This document shows positions 33,000 to 48,085 of a DNA stretch of 64,000 nt, piece after piece; positions within the stretch are counted from its first letter, which is position 1; each line of letters begins with the position of its first letter. The notes under the pieces are model-generated. The model saw only the letters and a program-made list of their open reading frames with translations. It had not been told where the DNA came from and did not search any database. The position numbers and the translations under genes are program-made. The DNA comes from the human T2T-CHM13v2.0 reference genome, Homo sapiens: the NCBI RefSeq assembly GCF_009914755.1, contig NC_060925.1; one strand, written 5' to 3'.

Positions 33000-34000
33000 A
33001 ATAAAGGGAACCAGGATTCTTTGGAGAAATAGCTAATTCTAGGTCTGGGACAGGCAATACACAAGATAAGCCTGGGGCATCCTAAAGTGCCAGAAAGTAA
33101 GGAAGTGCTAAAACAAAGCAAAGTAAAACACACACATGCACACACACACCCAATGATGCGGTATGTCAAAGGGACACAGAAGCCCATTTAAAGAGCTTCC
33201 AGTGGTAAATATTGCAACAATTTGAGAATAAAAGAAAACAGTATTAGATTATAACACAAAGTATAAAATAAATATCCTTGAGTCCATACTGATATACAAA
33301 AATGATTGGATACATAAATGAATGAGGGAGAATATATAACTCTCCTGTGCAGAAGAATTTCAAATAATTTATGTAAACACTAAAGAAGTAGAGCAAAACT
33401 TCATACTCCTTAAGTGTGGGCTGGGCATTGTGACTTTCTTCCAAAATTGTACCATATGGAAAGGGGGTGAACATAGTTACTTTTGAGTGGAGAAGCCGGA
33501 CAAACACTACCTTAGCCAGGTGATCAAGCTCAACATCAACAGTGATAAGTCATGAACATTGTCCTTTGCTTTTGTGGTCTTATTTCCAAAAATCTATAAC
33601 CCCAATTTAATCATGATAAAAATATCAGACATCCCATTTGAGTGATATGCCACAAAATGCCTCAGCAGAACTCCTTTAAATTGTTAAGGCCATTAAAAAC
33701 AAGGGTGAGAACCTCACAGCCAAGAGGAACTTAAGAAGACATGATGATGAAATGCACTGTGGTACTCTGGACAGGATCCTGAGACAGGAACAGGACATTA
33801 GGTAAAAACCAAGGAAATCTGATAAGGTATGGGCAATAGTTAATAATCATGTATCAATATTGGTTTGTTGTAAAAAAAAAAGTACCTTACTAAAATGAAG
33901 TAGTAATAGGGGAAACTGAGTGTGGCTTATATGGGATCTCTCTGTATAATCTTTGCAATTTTTCACTAAATAGAAAACTATTCTAAAATAAAAAGTTTCT
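33000..34000 (+). mobile_element. L1MC/L1MD-type 3' UTR
   Basis: GTGCCAGAAAGTAAGGAAGTGC...CTACCTTAGCCAGGTGATCAAG...AAAACTATTCTAAAATAAAAAGTTT. Confidence 0.8.
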
Positions 34001-34418
34001 TTTTCTTTAAAAAGTATCCATTACATCGCAGCCACACTGTGGGGTGCTTTTTACTCATTAGCTAATTTAATTTTCACAGCAACAGATGAGAATATTGAGT
34101 CCCAAGGAAATTAAGAGATTTGCCTTAAGTCATAGTTAATAAAGCTCAGAACCAGGATACAAATCTGTGAGTACTTGCCTTCAAAATTCTTGAGCATGTG
34201 ATGACACTATATTGCACCTCCAGAACAAAAGGATTCTCCCAGAGGAGGTGAGGTAGTGAGAGAAGGCAGTGGGTGTCCTTATGGAAGATGGGATGGGGAT
34301 GTAAGTGCTTAGCAGGTTATAAATATTCACATACTTCTGATTTCCTTCTATAATTCTTGTACTTCTAGAATTCTTGACTAATTAGTGTCCTGATTTCAAA
34401 GTTATAGCTTTGAAATAA

Positions 34419-34727
<309 letters not shown>

Positions 34728-35419
34728 AACTTCTTAATTTCTTAAGCAACTTCCTCTTCCACTCTAAAAAATAAATTTTAGAACAATATTTCATTTTTTC
34801 ATTCTGCCTTTGCTGAAGAGAGGGTTTTCACTGCATTTTTGGCTTGGTAACTTATACTTAGGGGAAGCCCTTCTTGCGGTGCCAGAGTCCTCCTGAGCCC
34901 AGCAGGGCTGTTGAAATGATTTGATTTGGCGTTGCATTGTTAAGAAATAAAAGAAGAAAAAAGGAGGAAAGGGGAACTTTTTTTTTAAACATCAATATGG
35001 AGCTTTATTTATAGTCTCCATTGAAGAACTGATCATCTGGTTTTTTAAGTATTTAAAAATGAAACTTGGAGAAGAAATCAGTTTCCTGATCAGTTTTGCT
35101 TATTCTTCCCTGGTAGATTCACACTGCGTTATCAGAGTATTTCTTTTTCCTTCATATTTCCTGGACTTCTGGCATGAGTTTTACCACATGGGGTGAAGTG
35201 AACAAAACTAGTCACTATACACACATGCAACCCAAGATTTTGTTTCCAGCATAAATTTACTGAATCAGTGTATGACTCTGTGCCTATGCAGGGAGAAAGA
35301 ATGAAAACATCTGAACACTGGGCTGGGGCCAATCAATGGTCCATGTGGCCTTGCATTTGATCACAAGGGAAGGGAACTCCTGTGCATGCCCATGGTGCCA
35401 TCATTGACCTCCCCAGAGT

Positions 35420-36010
35420 TCCTGCCACTTAACAGCCTGCTCAGCTGTCCCTCTCACATTTCAAACCAACAGGCTCCATGCCTTTTTCCACTTACCCATC
35501 TCTGTCCTCCCAGTTTCTATCAATGGCTCCAACGGCTCTGTAGTTATCCCTGTGGGAAACTTCAGAGTTGTCTTGGACTCATCTCCTTGAAGCACTCCAT
35601 TTCTCTATTCAATTGCCAACTCCCGTAGATTTGATCTGTTTTTCTCTGAACCCACCATTCCCTCTCCTCTCCATTCCCACTGCTTCTACCTTTTTCAGGT
35701 CCTCATTATTTCTCACCCAGGCCTTTTCAACAAGCTCCTAATTAGTCTCCTCACCTCCAGTCCCTCTCATCTACAATCTGTCTTCCATCCTTCCACTGGT
35801 TTAATTTCCCTGAAGTACAGCTCTAATCATGTAGCCCCACTGCTAAAAAACGTAATGGCTCCCCACTGCCTCCAGGATAAACGCCAAAGTCCTTAGCTTA
35901 CCGTTCAAGGCCCTTCACCATCTGGCCCTAAGCAATCTTTCCAGACTTATCACCTATTACGACCCTACATGAATTTCCTATTCCAGCCAGATTGGTCCAC
36001 TCATCACTGC
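35420..36010 (+). mobile_element. L2 relic
   Basis: CTCCTAATTAGTCTCC...AATGGCTCCCCACTGCCTCCAGGATAAA...TTCAAGGCCCTTCACCATCTGGCC. Confidence 0.75.
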
Positions 36011-36662
36011 ATGCATGTGCCGTCTCTGATTATGGAGCTCTGCTCAAGAGGTTTCTCTTGCTTGGATAGTTGTATTCACTCCTCTCTCTTTGCCATAAAG
36101 GGTGATGTCCCACTTAATCACAAGGTTATTCCAGGGAGTCCGGCCTTACCTAATTACCTGTATCATTAATTTTGCTTTTTATTTTCACCATTTCAGTGCA
36201 CGTTCTATATTTCCACCTCAACTATCTTAACTACAGGCCTCTCAAAGACAATAACAGGGTTTACATGTTTGGTGAATTGGCTCTATCAGTCTTGACTTGA
36301 AAATGGAGTGTGAAGGCCTGAACTGTGAGTCGAATCTGATTGCTCCCCTGGAAATGCACTCAGCATCATCCTTTCCCTCTGACAAGTAGAGGTCTGCATC
36401 AACCACATCTTTCTCCCTTCTTCTGTCTTTTAGGTTGCACTTTCTCCTAGGAAGCCTCCACAGTTCCTTTCGTAAATGGGCTTCCGCATTTACAAATGAC
36501 CTCATCAGTTAGTATCTCAGATATGTCTAGAGGAGTCTGAATTTCCGTGGTCGGTTCTAAATTGTCTTAAATGGGAGGGCCTTCACTCCTTTTCCCTGCC
36601 TCCTACCTTTTGCTGATACCCCCTCCCCATACTTTTAAATCTGATTCCAATAAATTTCTACC

Positions 36663-36850
36663 ACAATGATTCAAAAATACAGTGAGCGTTAGAATCATCT
36701 GAAGAACTTGTTGAATATGTAGATTCCTGAGTCCTATCCCCAGAGATATGGAATAAGTAGGTATGGACTGTGGCCCATGACTATGTGTTTTTAACCAGCT
36801 CCCTGCATAATTCCGAGGATGGTCTGAGGACCACACTTTGAAAATCACTA
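36663..36850. mobile_element. MER5-type hAT transposon
   Basis: TTAGAATCATCTG...GATTCCTGAGTCC...GACCACACTTTGAAAATCACT. Confidence 0.8.
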
Positions 36851-37260
36851 CATTACAGTCTGATCCTTCATTACTGCCCTCCTCACATCCCGGGGGTAAC
36901 CTGGACTATTTCCTATCTCTGCAACTTTCCCCGAACATTCCAACCTTTGTGCCTTGGCTCCAGATCTGCTTCAACAGCAATGATTTTCTTTTCCATTTCC
37001 ATCTCTCAAAATTCCACCCCTCTACATGAATGAATGCCTGATGAGGGCAGAGGCTTCTATCTATGTTGTTAACTGTTGAACTCGAACACCTAGAATAGTG
37101 CCTGACACACAAGAGACGCTAAAAAGTATCTGTTGAATCAAAAAATGAATCTGTCAACAGGGAATTCAAATGTCACTGCTTCAAGGAAGCAGTTTGATCA
37201 CTACCAAGATAATTAGCTCCATCTTCTCAATAGCAGCACCTTCTTCCTTGTCCTTTATCC

Positions 37261-37484
37261 CATGGCTTGGCAATCTTTTTCTATAAAGTGGCCAGATAAA
37301 TATGTTAGGCTTTGCAAGACATACAGACTCTGTTGCAACCACTAAACTCTGTTGTAGTGGAAAAGTAGCCACAGACAATGTCTAAACCAATGGGCATGGC
37401 TGGGTTCCAATAAAACTTTATTTACAAAAAACAGGCAGGTAGTGGGATGGATTTGGCCCATAGGCTGTAGTTTGCTGATGTCTG
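37261..37484 (+). mobile_element. MER58A hAT transposon
   Basis: GGCCAGATAAATATGTTAGGCTTTGC...CCAATAAAACTTTATTTACAAAAAACAGGC...GTAGTTTGCTGA. Confidence 0.88.
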
Positions 37485-37577
37485 CTCTATTCATTTGTAT
37501 GTGAAGCTTATGTCCTTGGCTAGACTGCCAGATTCTAAATTCCTTGAGATAGGGAGAGAATCTTATTAGAGTACAAA

Positions 37578-37883
37578 TGTGTGTGTATGAATATTTATAT
37601 ATGTATATGTGCATTTATATAAGCATACACATATATAAAACACATTTATATATACTTATAAAACATTTATATATGCACATACATATATAAAATGCATTAA
37701 TATATGATGTACATATATAAAATACATTTATATATGCATATACATATATAAAATACATTTATATATGCCTATACATATATAAAATATATTTGTATGTGTA
37801 TATACATATACAAAATACATTTCTATATGTACATACATGTACAAAACACACATACACATATATACATATTATACATACACACA
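37578..37883. repeat. AT-rich degenerate tandem repeat (~30-bp unit CATACATATATAAAATACATTTATATATG)
   Basis: Direct reading of repeated units, clearest at 37710-37790. Confidence 0.85.
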
Positions 37884-38269
37884 CTGAGTGGTTGTGGACA
37901 AATTATTTAGATTTTCTGATCCTCAGCTTTCTCATCGCTAAAACCTCCTCAAAAGATATTGTACATGAAGTGCCTGGCATAGTGCCTAGCCTATAACACA
38001 TGCTCAATAAGTTTCACTTTCCTCTCTTTATTTTCTTAAAACAGCACTGCCACCCCCTATGCAATGCACTCAGCAAACATGCATTGTGGACCTATGATGT
38101 CAAAGAACCATGCTTGGAACTCAGTGAAGTTCGGAGGTAAACGAGAAGAATGTGGCTGAAAAGAAGCCATTCTAGATCAGGAGCTAGAAACATATATTTT
38201 AGTCCCAACTCCACTCACTGCTTCCTCAGCAAGCTAACTTCCCCATTCTTGGAGACAACCACTCACACC

Positions 38270-40500
<2,231 letters not shown>

Positions 40501-40689
40501 ATGACACATTTCCATCTTCATCCCTCTACTTTCTTTTCCATATATTTATAATGCCTCTCCTCTCTTTGACCATCTGGCAAAGTCACATTTACCATCTGAA
40601 TCCAGCCTACACAGCAAATCCCGTGAGTTGCTATACCCCAGAAATTGGTCACTCACGGCTCTACGTTCCCACCTCTATCACAACACTAG

Positions 40690-40940
40690 TGATAATAACA
40701 ATCACTGATTTTTTAAAGCACTTACTCTGCCAGATACAGTGTCAAGTGTTTTAAAACTATCATCTATCTCACCATATACAACCACACTAGGAGATAGAAA
40801 CTATGTCCTCCATTTTAAAGATGGTGAAACTAAGCCCTAGAGAATGTAAGTAATTTGCCCAATGTCAGAAAATAAGATGAAACTGGGAATTCAAACTCAG
40901 TGTATCTAATTCCAAAGGTCACACTCTTTAGCACTGAGCT
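40690..40940 (-). mobile_element. MIR SINE
   Basis: AAGCACTTACTCTGCCAG...CATTTTAAAGATGGTGAAACTAAG. Confidence 0.8.
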
Positions 40941-42179
40941 ATATCTTATACCTTAATACATTATAATTTCTTATATGTCTGTCTCACCCAACTTTCTTGA
41001 GAGCAGAGAGTTTTATACAGCTCTCTTCATCCCCAGGATCTAGCATCCTACTAGGCACAGAATTGTTGTTTAAGAAATATTTGTGGAAAAAAAGATCTGT
41101 CACCCACCAGTTTGTCTGAACACTTTATAAACCTATTAATAAATATTTATAGCCAGAAAGGAAGAGAACAAAGAAAAGAAATCTGGGTGGAAGGCTCTAG
41201 GAAGTAGGTACACAAAATAGTTAAGCAGGCTAAGTTTGTGGAGTTTCACACTTAATGTTTTTCACACCAAAGACAATACCAAGGTCACTGCCAAAGAAGA
41301 CAGACATTATGTAATTAGGGAACACAGTACCAGCAATTACTCCAGAAGCTATTTTAAACTGAAACATGCCGGTGTTTGCTCATGTCCCTGCTCACACAAA
41401 CAAAAGGCCTACATCTTGGAAACTGTTTTGCTTTGTTTGTTTGTAACAGCTCAAGTTGTTCTTCATTTGGCAGCTACTGGCACAATCTCACTGGAAGCAT
41501 TGCCTGGACCCCAGCTTTTGCTGTGGACTGTTAAAAGCAAATGAGGAGGTGAATGAGATTCCCGGTTTAGGTTTGGGGGCATGGCATTCAGACAGGCATC
41601 ATGAGAGGAAGGAGCCCACAGGCTCCTGCCTACTGGGGCATGACCCATTTCCGTGGATGGTGCAAATGGAGCCTCTCTGGGGACTGTCTGGGAACACCTG
41701 CAGAGCCAGGATAGACCAGGGCTGTGCCTCTCACTTCTGTGCCAGGCTTATTATATTTTCTGATTTGCTCCTGACACAAATTGTTATTCCCATGTTGTAT
41801 AGGAGAAAACTGAAGCTCAAAGGCATACATAATTTGTCAAAATGATACAACCAGTGGCTGAGCACAAATTTAGGCACTGGTTCGTCTGAATACAAAATAT
41901 CCACTTTTTTTTTTCAATCACATGATCCATTGAGCTCTCACTTCACTTCTGCCGTGTTAGCATCCTTGCTATCCCTCAATCCCCCAGCAGCCTCTGCCCT
42001 AGACCTTCACACTTGCTGCTGCCTCTTGCCTGACAAGCCCTTCCCCTAGATTCTGCACATCCCACTTCATTCCTAACTTCAAGTCCTACTCAGATGTCAT
42101 TTCCTTAATGAGGTCCCTCCCAACCTCATTAACAGTACTTATATAATAAGCCTGGCACAGAGCCTCCACCTCTCATTCA

Positions 42180-42272
42180 TATCTTTTTTCTTTCTTGGTT
42201 TTCTGCCATCAATCTTATTATTAGTTAATAATCAATATGTTTGATGGAGGAAACCCAAGAAAGAAAAAGATA
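42180..42272. repeat. Inverted repeat, 33/32-bp arms with 28-nt spacer
   Basis: TATCTTTTTTCTTTCTTGGTTTTCTGCCATCAA versus TTGATGGAGGAAACCCAAGAAAGAAAAAGATA: 29 Watson-Crick pairs. Confidence 0.9.
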
Positions 42273-42294
42273 GGAGAGATAGAGCTGCATTTGC

Positions 42295-43192
42295 TTTTTT
42301 GTTAAGATTTAGTGATTTAATTGACAAATAAAAATTGCGTATATTTATGCTACACAACATGATGTTTTGAAATATATATACATTGTGGAACTGCCAAATG
42401 AAATTATTTAACATTGGCATAACCTCACATACTTATCATTTTATTTATGGTGAGAACACTTAAGATCTACTCCCTTGGCGATTTTCAAGTGTATGTTGTT
42501 ATTAACTACAGCTACCATATTGTACAGTAGAACTCTTGAATTTATTACTCCTGTTTTGCTGAAATTTTGTGTTCTTTGACCAATATCTCTCCAACACTCT
42601 CTTCCCAGCCCCTGTCCTGCAACCCCTGGTGACCACCATTTCACTCTCTGCTTCTAAAAGTTCCACGTTTTTTAGGTTCCACATGTAAGTGAGATCATGT
42701 GTGTTTGTCTTTCTGTGCCTGGCTTATTTCACTTACCATAATGTCTCAGTTTCAACCAAGTTGTCACAAATGACAGAATTTCCTTCTTTTTTAATGCTGA
42801 ATAGTTTTCCGTTCTATATGTTTTCTTTATTCATTCATCCCTTCATAGACACCTATGTTAATTCCATCTTTTGGCTATTGTGAATACTGCTATGATAAAC
42901 ATAGAAGTGCAGACATCTTTTTAAAATACTGATTTCAATTCTTTTGGCTACAAACCCAGTAGCAGGATTGCTGGGTCATATGGTAGTTCAATTTGTAATC
43001 TTTTAAGGAACCTTCATACTTTTTTCCATAATGACTGTACTAATTTGCATTCCCACCAACAGTATACAAGGGTTCCCTTTTTTCCATGCCCAACACTTAT
43101 GTTTCATCTTTTTGATAATAGTCCGTTTAACAGGTGTGAGTTGATATCTCATTTTGGTTTTAATTTGGATTTCTCTGATGTTTAGTCATGTT
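42295..43192 (-). mobile_element. L1MA (7-9-like) 3' portion
   Basis: TTAATTGACAAATAAAAATTG...GGTGAGAACACTTAAGATCTACTC...CATTCCCACCAACAGT. Confidence 0.9.
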
Positions 43193-43479
43193 ACTTTTGC
43201 TTTTGATATTGTTTTTGTTTATTGTCTTTCTTCCTAAACTAGAATGTAAGCTTCATGAAATCAGTGACTTTGCCTTTTGTTCACTGATATGTATCTAGAG
43301 CCTAAAACAGTGTCAGGCACATAGCTAATATTCAACAAAGATATACTAAGTAAAGGAATAATTTCAACATCCAAATATTTTGGACAGAAGCAGACCCAGT
43401 ATATTAATATGAAGTTAGTGCCTCTGGGGGGATGTTTTTGAGAATACAAAAGTCATGTCAAAGTGCTGGCAATACCAAA

Positions 43480-43730
43480 GAGTATAGACAAAGGGTAGGC
43501 TGGGGCCAGACTGTCTAGGTTCAAATGCTAGCCTCTCCCCTTATTAGCCCTGTCACCTTGGGCAAGGAACCTCACCTGTCTATGCCTCTGTTTCCTCATT
43601 TATCAAATAGGTTTGATAATAGTATTTTTCTTATAGTGTTGTTCTAAGGATTAATGAGTAATTATGTACAAGGTATTTAAAACAATGCTCAGCACATCAT
43701 GAGTGACATATAATTATTTGCTTTTATTAC
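43480..43730 (+). mobile_element. MIR SINE
   Basis: CCAGACTGTCTAGGTTCAAAT...CACCTTGGGCAAG...GGATTAATGAG. Confidence 0.85.
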
Positions 43731-44143
43731 CATTGTCTAGTTACTCTCAGTTATTTTGAAGCATATTGCTGTAAAATTTTCCCGTGGAAGAACGGAAACG
43801 AAGGTATATCTCTCTTTAGGCACCTAGAAAACCACTCAACCATGCTGCAATTATTCTGTCAAAGAAAGAAAGAAAAAAGAAAAGAAAAGAAAAGAAAAGA
43901 AAGGCAAAGCAAAAAACAGCTAAAGCCAAACCAAAAAAATGCCTTGTTAGTCCTGGGTTAAAAATCAAGCCCTGTAGCAATATGTGCAGACACTTAGACA
44001 CTGATTATAAAAGGCAATTTAGACTTCCCCTGAAATATTAAAAGGGTAAAAAATTATAGTGCAGTGATGCTGGAATAATTTGATTTATTTAGGAAGAGAG
44101 GGGAGCTTTATTAGCTTATTACCATCATGGCTGTCCTCTTCAC

Positions 44144-44312
44144 TTCTCCAGAACCAAGAATACAGTTGGTGTTGAAACCTCAGAGCAACACATAATATTT
44201 GAAGCAAGGTATTTATTTGTATCAGCTGATTCTTCAGAACCAAGAATATGGTCGCTGTTCAAACCTCAGAGCAACAAATATTTGAAGCAAGGTATTTATT
44301 TCTATCAGCTGA
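44144..44312 (+). repeat. Tandem duplication, two units of 86 and 83 bp
   Basis: Both units read CAGAACCAAGAATA...AAACCTCAGAGCAACA...ATATTTGAAGCAAGGTATTTATTT.TATCAGCTGA. Confidence 0.95.
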
Positions 44313-45900
44313 ATCCTGAAAGTCATCTCAATAGTCCTCTTCTTCCAGAAGGTGAAAAGAACTGGATAGTCAACCAGATTGCTGCTGGGAGGTGTCTGCC
44401 CCTGGGCTACCATGCCTGATGGATGTCTAAAAGGGGTTTCCAGTTACCATTCATTGCTCCTTTGTTCTTTCCTTCAACAAATATTCATGGATCATCTTTC
44501 TTGTGCCAAGCCTTGAGCCAAGTACCAAGGATACAGACATGATAAGGACATGGCCCTTGCCCTCCTGGCATTTACAGCCTAACAGGTCTTCATGCTAACT
44601 AAAATGATGGGCTGGGTTTTTCTATAATAGATTTCCTACCAGAAAGTACAATTTTCTCTCTTTTCCTCCACTCCTACCTTCCTTCTAATCAACCATTTAC
44701 CCATTGAAGATTCCCTGAGCAAGACAAGCCAAGGCCTGTAGCGAAATGCTAGGACTTAGAGTTGAATACGTAAGTCATTTCACGTGTATAGACTCTTTCT
44801 TCCTCCAAAAAGGATGTAAGATAGGATTAATTCATATAAATAAATAAATGCATTAAAGTGGGACTGCTTAAACAGACTGGAGTGGGGGCACATAGAAGAG
44901 ACTGTGTTTTAAGTGAAGGTGAGAGGTGAAACTTCAGAAAAAACACTGCAGACATGATATTGGGACCAATGAGGAAGATTTTTCACTAGATATAATAGGA
45001 GGTTAGGCTTTTGCCAGAGGACAATTAAGTAAGTACATACTAATGTACACATTAACATGTAAGAGTCTCGAAAGGAGATGAGACACAGGAAATGATAGCA
45101 AAGAAGGAAAAGAAGATTATACAGAAGATATGATGAAGACATAAGACCGGAGACTTTCTTGAATCTCGAAATTCACTAGTATAGGAATGTGTATTTACAC
45201 CCCCATAAGTCAGCTGCCATTTCAAATTTTTCTAAAGCTTGATCTCTCACTTGATAGTCATTTAATCAGTAGTGGCAGCTACTGCTTATACAATGACACG
45301 TTGAGAACAATAAAACCATATTACTCTGATCTTGTCATCTGATTGCTCAGAAACTTCTAACGCCTGCCAATTTCCTACAGAATGAAGTTCATCATAATTT
45401 TCCAAGTCCCTCATGGAGTCCTTCTTTCCACTCCTGCTGCTCCTTTCATGCAGCTAGCTTATAAAGCACCATCTTGAACTGGTTGGGCTCCTTGAACGCC
45501 AACTTCTATTTCCTCACATCTGAGCCTTGTTCATTGAATAGTTTTTACCAGAATGCTTTCCCCATCACCTGGCTCTATTGAAATGCTACCCCCACTTCAA
45601 GTCCAGCTGCAAGTAAGCTAGTCATTTATTCATCCGTCTGCTCAAGAATGATTTATCAAGAACCCTACTAAGTGTCATGCTTTGGTAATAGCAAGATAAA
45701 TGAGAAATAGGTTCTTGCTCAAAAAGTTCAGAGTGTTAGTCAAAGGTTGAGGATGTGGAGGAGGAAGGGAAACAAATACAAGTTTGATATATTATTATTT
45801 TGATTTTTCTAGCCAGTTAAAGTTAAGCTTTGTTTTCAAAATCTCTAGCACAGGGTCAGGCATACAGTAGGTGCCATTTACTTATTTGCTTGTTTCCTTC

Positions 45901-46037
45901 TTTCCTTTCTTTTTATTTATTTATTTATTTTTTTTGAGGCAGGGTCTTGCTCTGTTGCCCAGGCTGGAGTACAGTGGTGCAATCATACCTCATTGCAGCT
46001 TCAGACTCCTGAGCTCAAACAATCCTCCTTTCTCAGA
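45901..46037 (-). mobile_element. Truncated AluJ/monomer 3' end
   Basis: GAGGCAGGGTCTTGCTCTGTTGCCCAGG...CAATCCTCC. Confidence 0.85.
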
Positions 46038-46933
46038 CTTGTTTAATTCTCTTATTGTTTATTTGTATCTCTATTAATGCACTTCGTAGTTTGCATTCAT
46101 TATCCTTTTCTTTTTCTTCATTATTTCTGTTTTCTCTACCTGAGAGCAAAGGTGCTGACCTAACTGCTTCTGTTTACTGCCATGCACAGTGTCTTCCACA
46201 CAGTAGGTATCATAAATGTTTGCTGAAAATAAGTGAATTGAAATGGGGAAGAGAGTAGGTGAAAGGTGGGGGAAAAGAAAAGCTGATAGGCCAAAGTTGT
46301 TTCATTAATTTCAGTCTGAGTGTTTTAGACCCTACTGTTTCCTCCAGGTTACTAAAGCAAATTTATCTGAGCAAATAAGCTTTCATATTTGCATTTCTTT
46401 GAACCCTAATTTGACATGCAAATAAGCCACTAACTAGAACTCAGCTTCAATCGGCAGTGTTTAAACAGAAATCCCCATAGCTATTCAGAAACCTGTGCAT
46501 AAAAGGAAGTTAGCATTAGCCAGTGTAGGTAACAATGATAGCCACTACAGCTAAGGGGGCACATTCTCCACATTGTTTTCTGCAGTTTCCTATACACCTC
46601 TTCCAGGGTCTTCTCTGAAACATCGACTCTAAGAGCTGAAAGCAACTTAAAGGCCTTAAAGGCCACTTGGTTCAGCTTTCTCAGCCCCCCAGCTGGAATC
46701 CTCTCTCTAGTAGCACCCAGCCTCTGTTGTCACACCACCAGTGACACGTTGCTCATTACCTCTTAAGGGTGTTTTCACAGTCTGAAAGGCCTTTCTTATA
46801 TTGAGCACAAGAAATTTGACTCCTTTATATCTTGATTCCCATGGGATCCAAACAGAACTAGATTGCTTTCTTTCATAAAACAGCACTTCAGATGTTTGAA
46901 TATAGCAATCTGAATCCTTGTGCTAAACTTAAT

Positions 46934-46971
46934 TGTCGTTGTCGTCATCATCATCATCATCATCATCATCA
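46934..46971. repeat. (CGT/CAT)n trinucleotide repeat
   Basis: Direct reading. Confidence 0.9.
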
Positions 46972-47294
46972 CCTTTAGCCTTTACTGATTCTCAATGATC
47001 TCACATCATTCGATTACCTTATTGGTCTTGTTTTTCTTGTACTGGAATCTGCTGTGCTCACTCTGTCCTTGCTGGCTTTTGCACGCCACTCCCTTCTGAA
47101 TAGTTTGTGATCTTATCACTCAAATCTCAACTCCAATGCCACCTCTTCAGAGATGCCTTCTCTGACCATGCTAGCTAAAATAGAAATAAATAAAATAAAA
47201 TAGAAATGCCACCTCCCCCTACATATTTCAGATACTCTTTCCCACATTATTCCGTGTTTTAAAAACAGAGCTCACAACTGTCTGAAATGTCTGG

Positions 47295-47711
47295 TGCAAT
47301 AAAGAATCTGATTCCTTTTTTTCATGTGTGACTTCTGGCAGCTTTTAAGCCTCACAGCTTGTCCCCCTGCTTCTGCCCCACATCTGGGAAAGCTGATAAG
47401 CAAGCTCTCGTGTGTCCTGCTTTGGCGTCAGTAGAGTCTCAAACCACATAAGCCCCCACCTGCACACAAGAACTCTCAACCCATCCCTAATGCCTAGCTA
47501 CCATAAAAACTCTAAACTAGTCTCACATACCCTCCTTCTAATCCCATTTTCAGATTGGCTTGGGAAGCCTGCCTGCTCTTTCCAGAAAGGCCTATTATGT
47601 TAGTAACAAACCTTTTATATCCTGTTGGTGGTTATGTGGCATCATCAGTTTCAACATCTGAGCCAGCTCTGGGGTGGGAGTCAATGCTGTCTCTGAAGAG
47701 TGGCTACAACA
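47295..47711 (+). mobile_element. ERVL-class solo LTR (MER54/LTR53-like) inserted in an L2
   Basis: TG...CA termini; near-TSD TCTGG/TCTGA; TATA-like CATAAAA; subfamily name uncertain. Confidence 0.65.
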
Positions 47712-47909
47712 TCTGACTTATTTAATTGTTCATTCTCTTAGTATTGTCCTCCCCCACTAAAATGTAAGCCTTGATTTTCCACTATTTCTTCGGCGCATAG
47801 AAAAGAGCCTGCCTGTTGAATGAAGAAATGATTTTGAAGTTCTTACAATAGTCCCTGTGATAATGGCCCCCCAAAATGACCTCATTACTATTACTTCGAG
47901 TCTCAGCAA

Positions 47910-48085
47910 ACTAGTGCCAGCCTCTGTTCTTAATGCTGCATTTGAATTAATTCCTTTACTCCTCATATCAACTCTATAAATACTTATCTTCATTTTACAG
48001 AAGAGGAAGCTGAGGCACAGGGAAGTAACCTGTCCAAAGTCACATGACAGGTGGGCAAGTTGAGATAAGCCTGCCGGTGCCCTGA
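47910..48085 (-). mobile_element. MIR SINE
   Basis: CATTTTACAGAAGAGGAAGCTGAGGCACAG...CCAAAGTCACA. Confidence 0.85.

Noticed and set aside
36242-36505. 87-aa charged ORF in unique sequence
   Set aside because: No recognisable homology or exon context; length compatible with chance
37578-37883. CRISPR-like repeat array (also considered for 44144-44312)
   Set aside because: No unique spacers and no cas genes; simple eukaryotic tandem repeats
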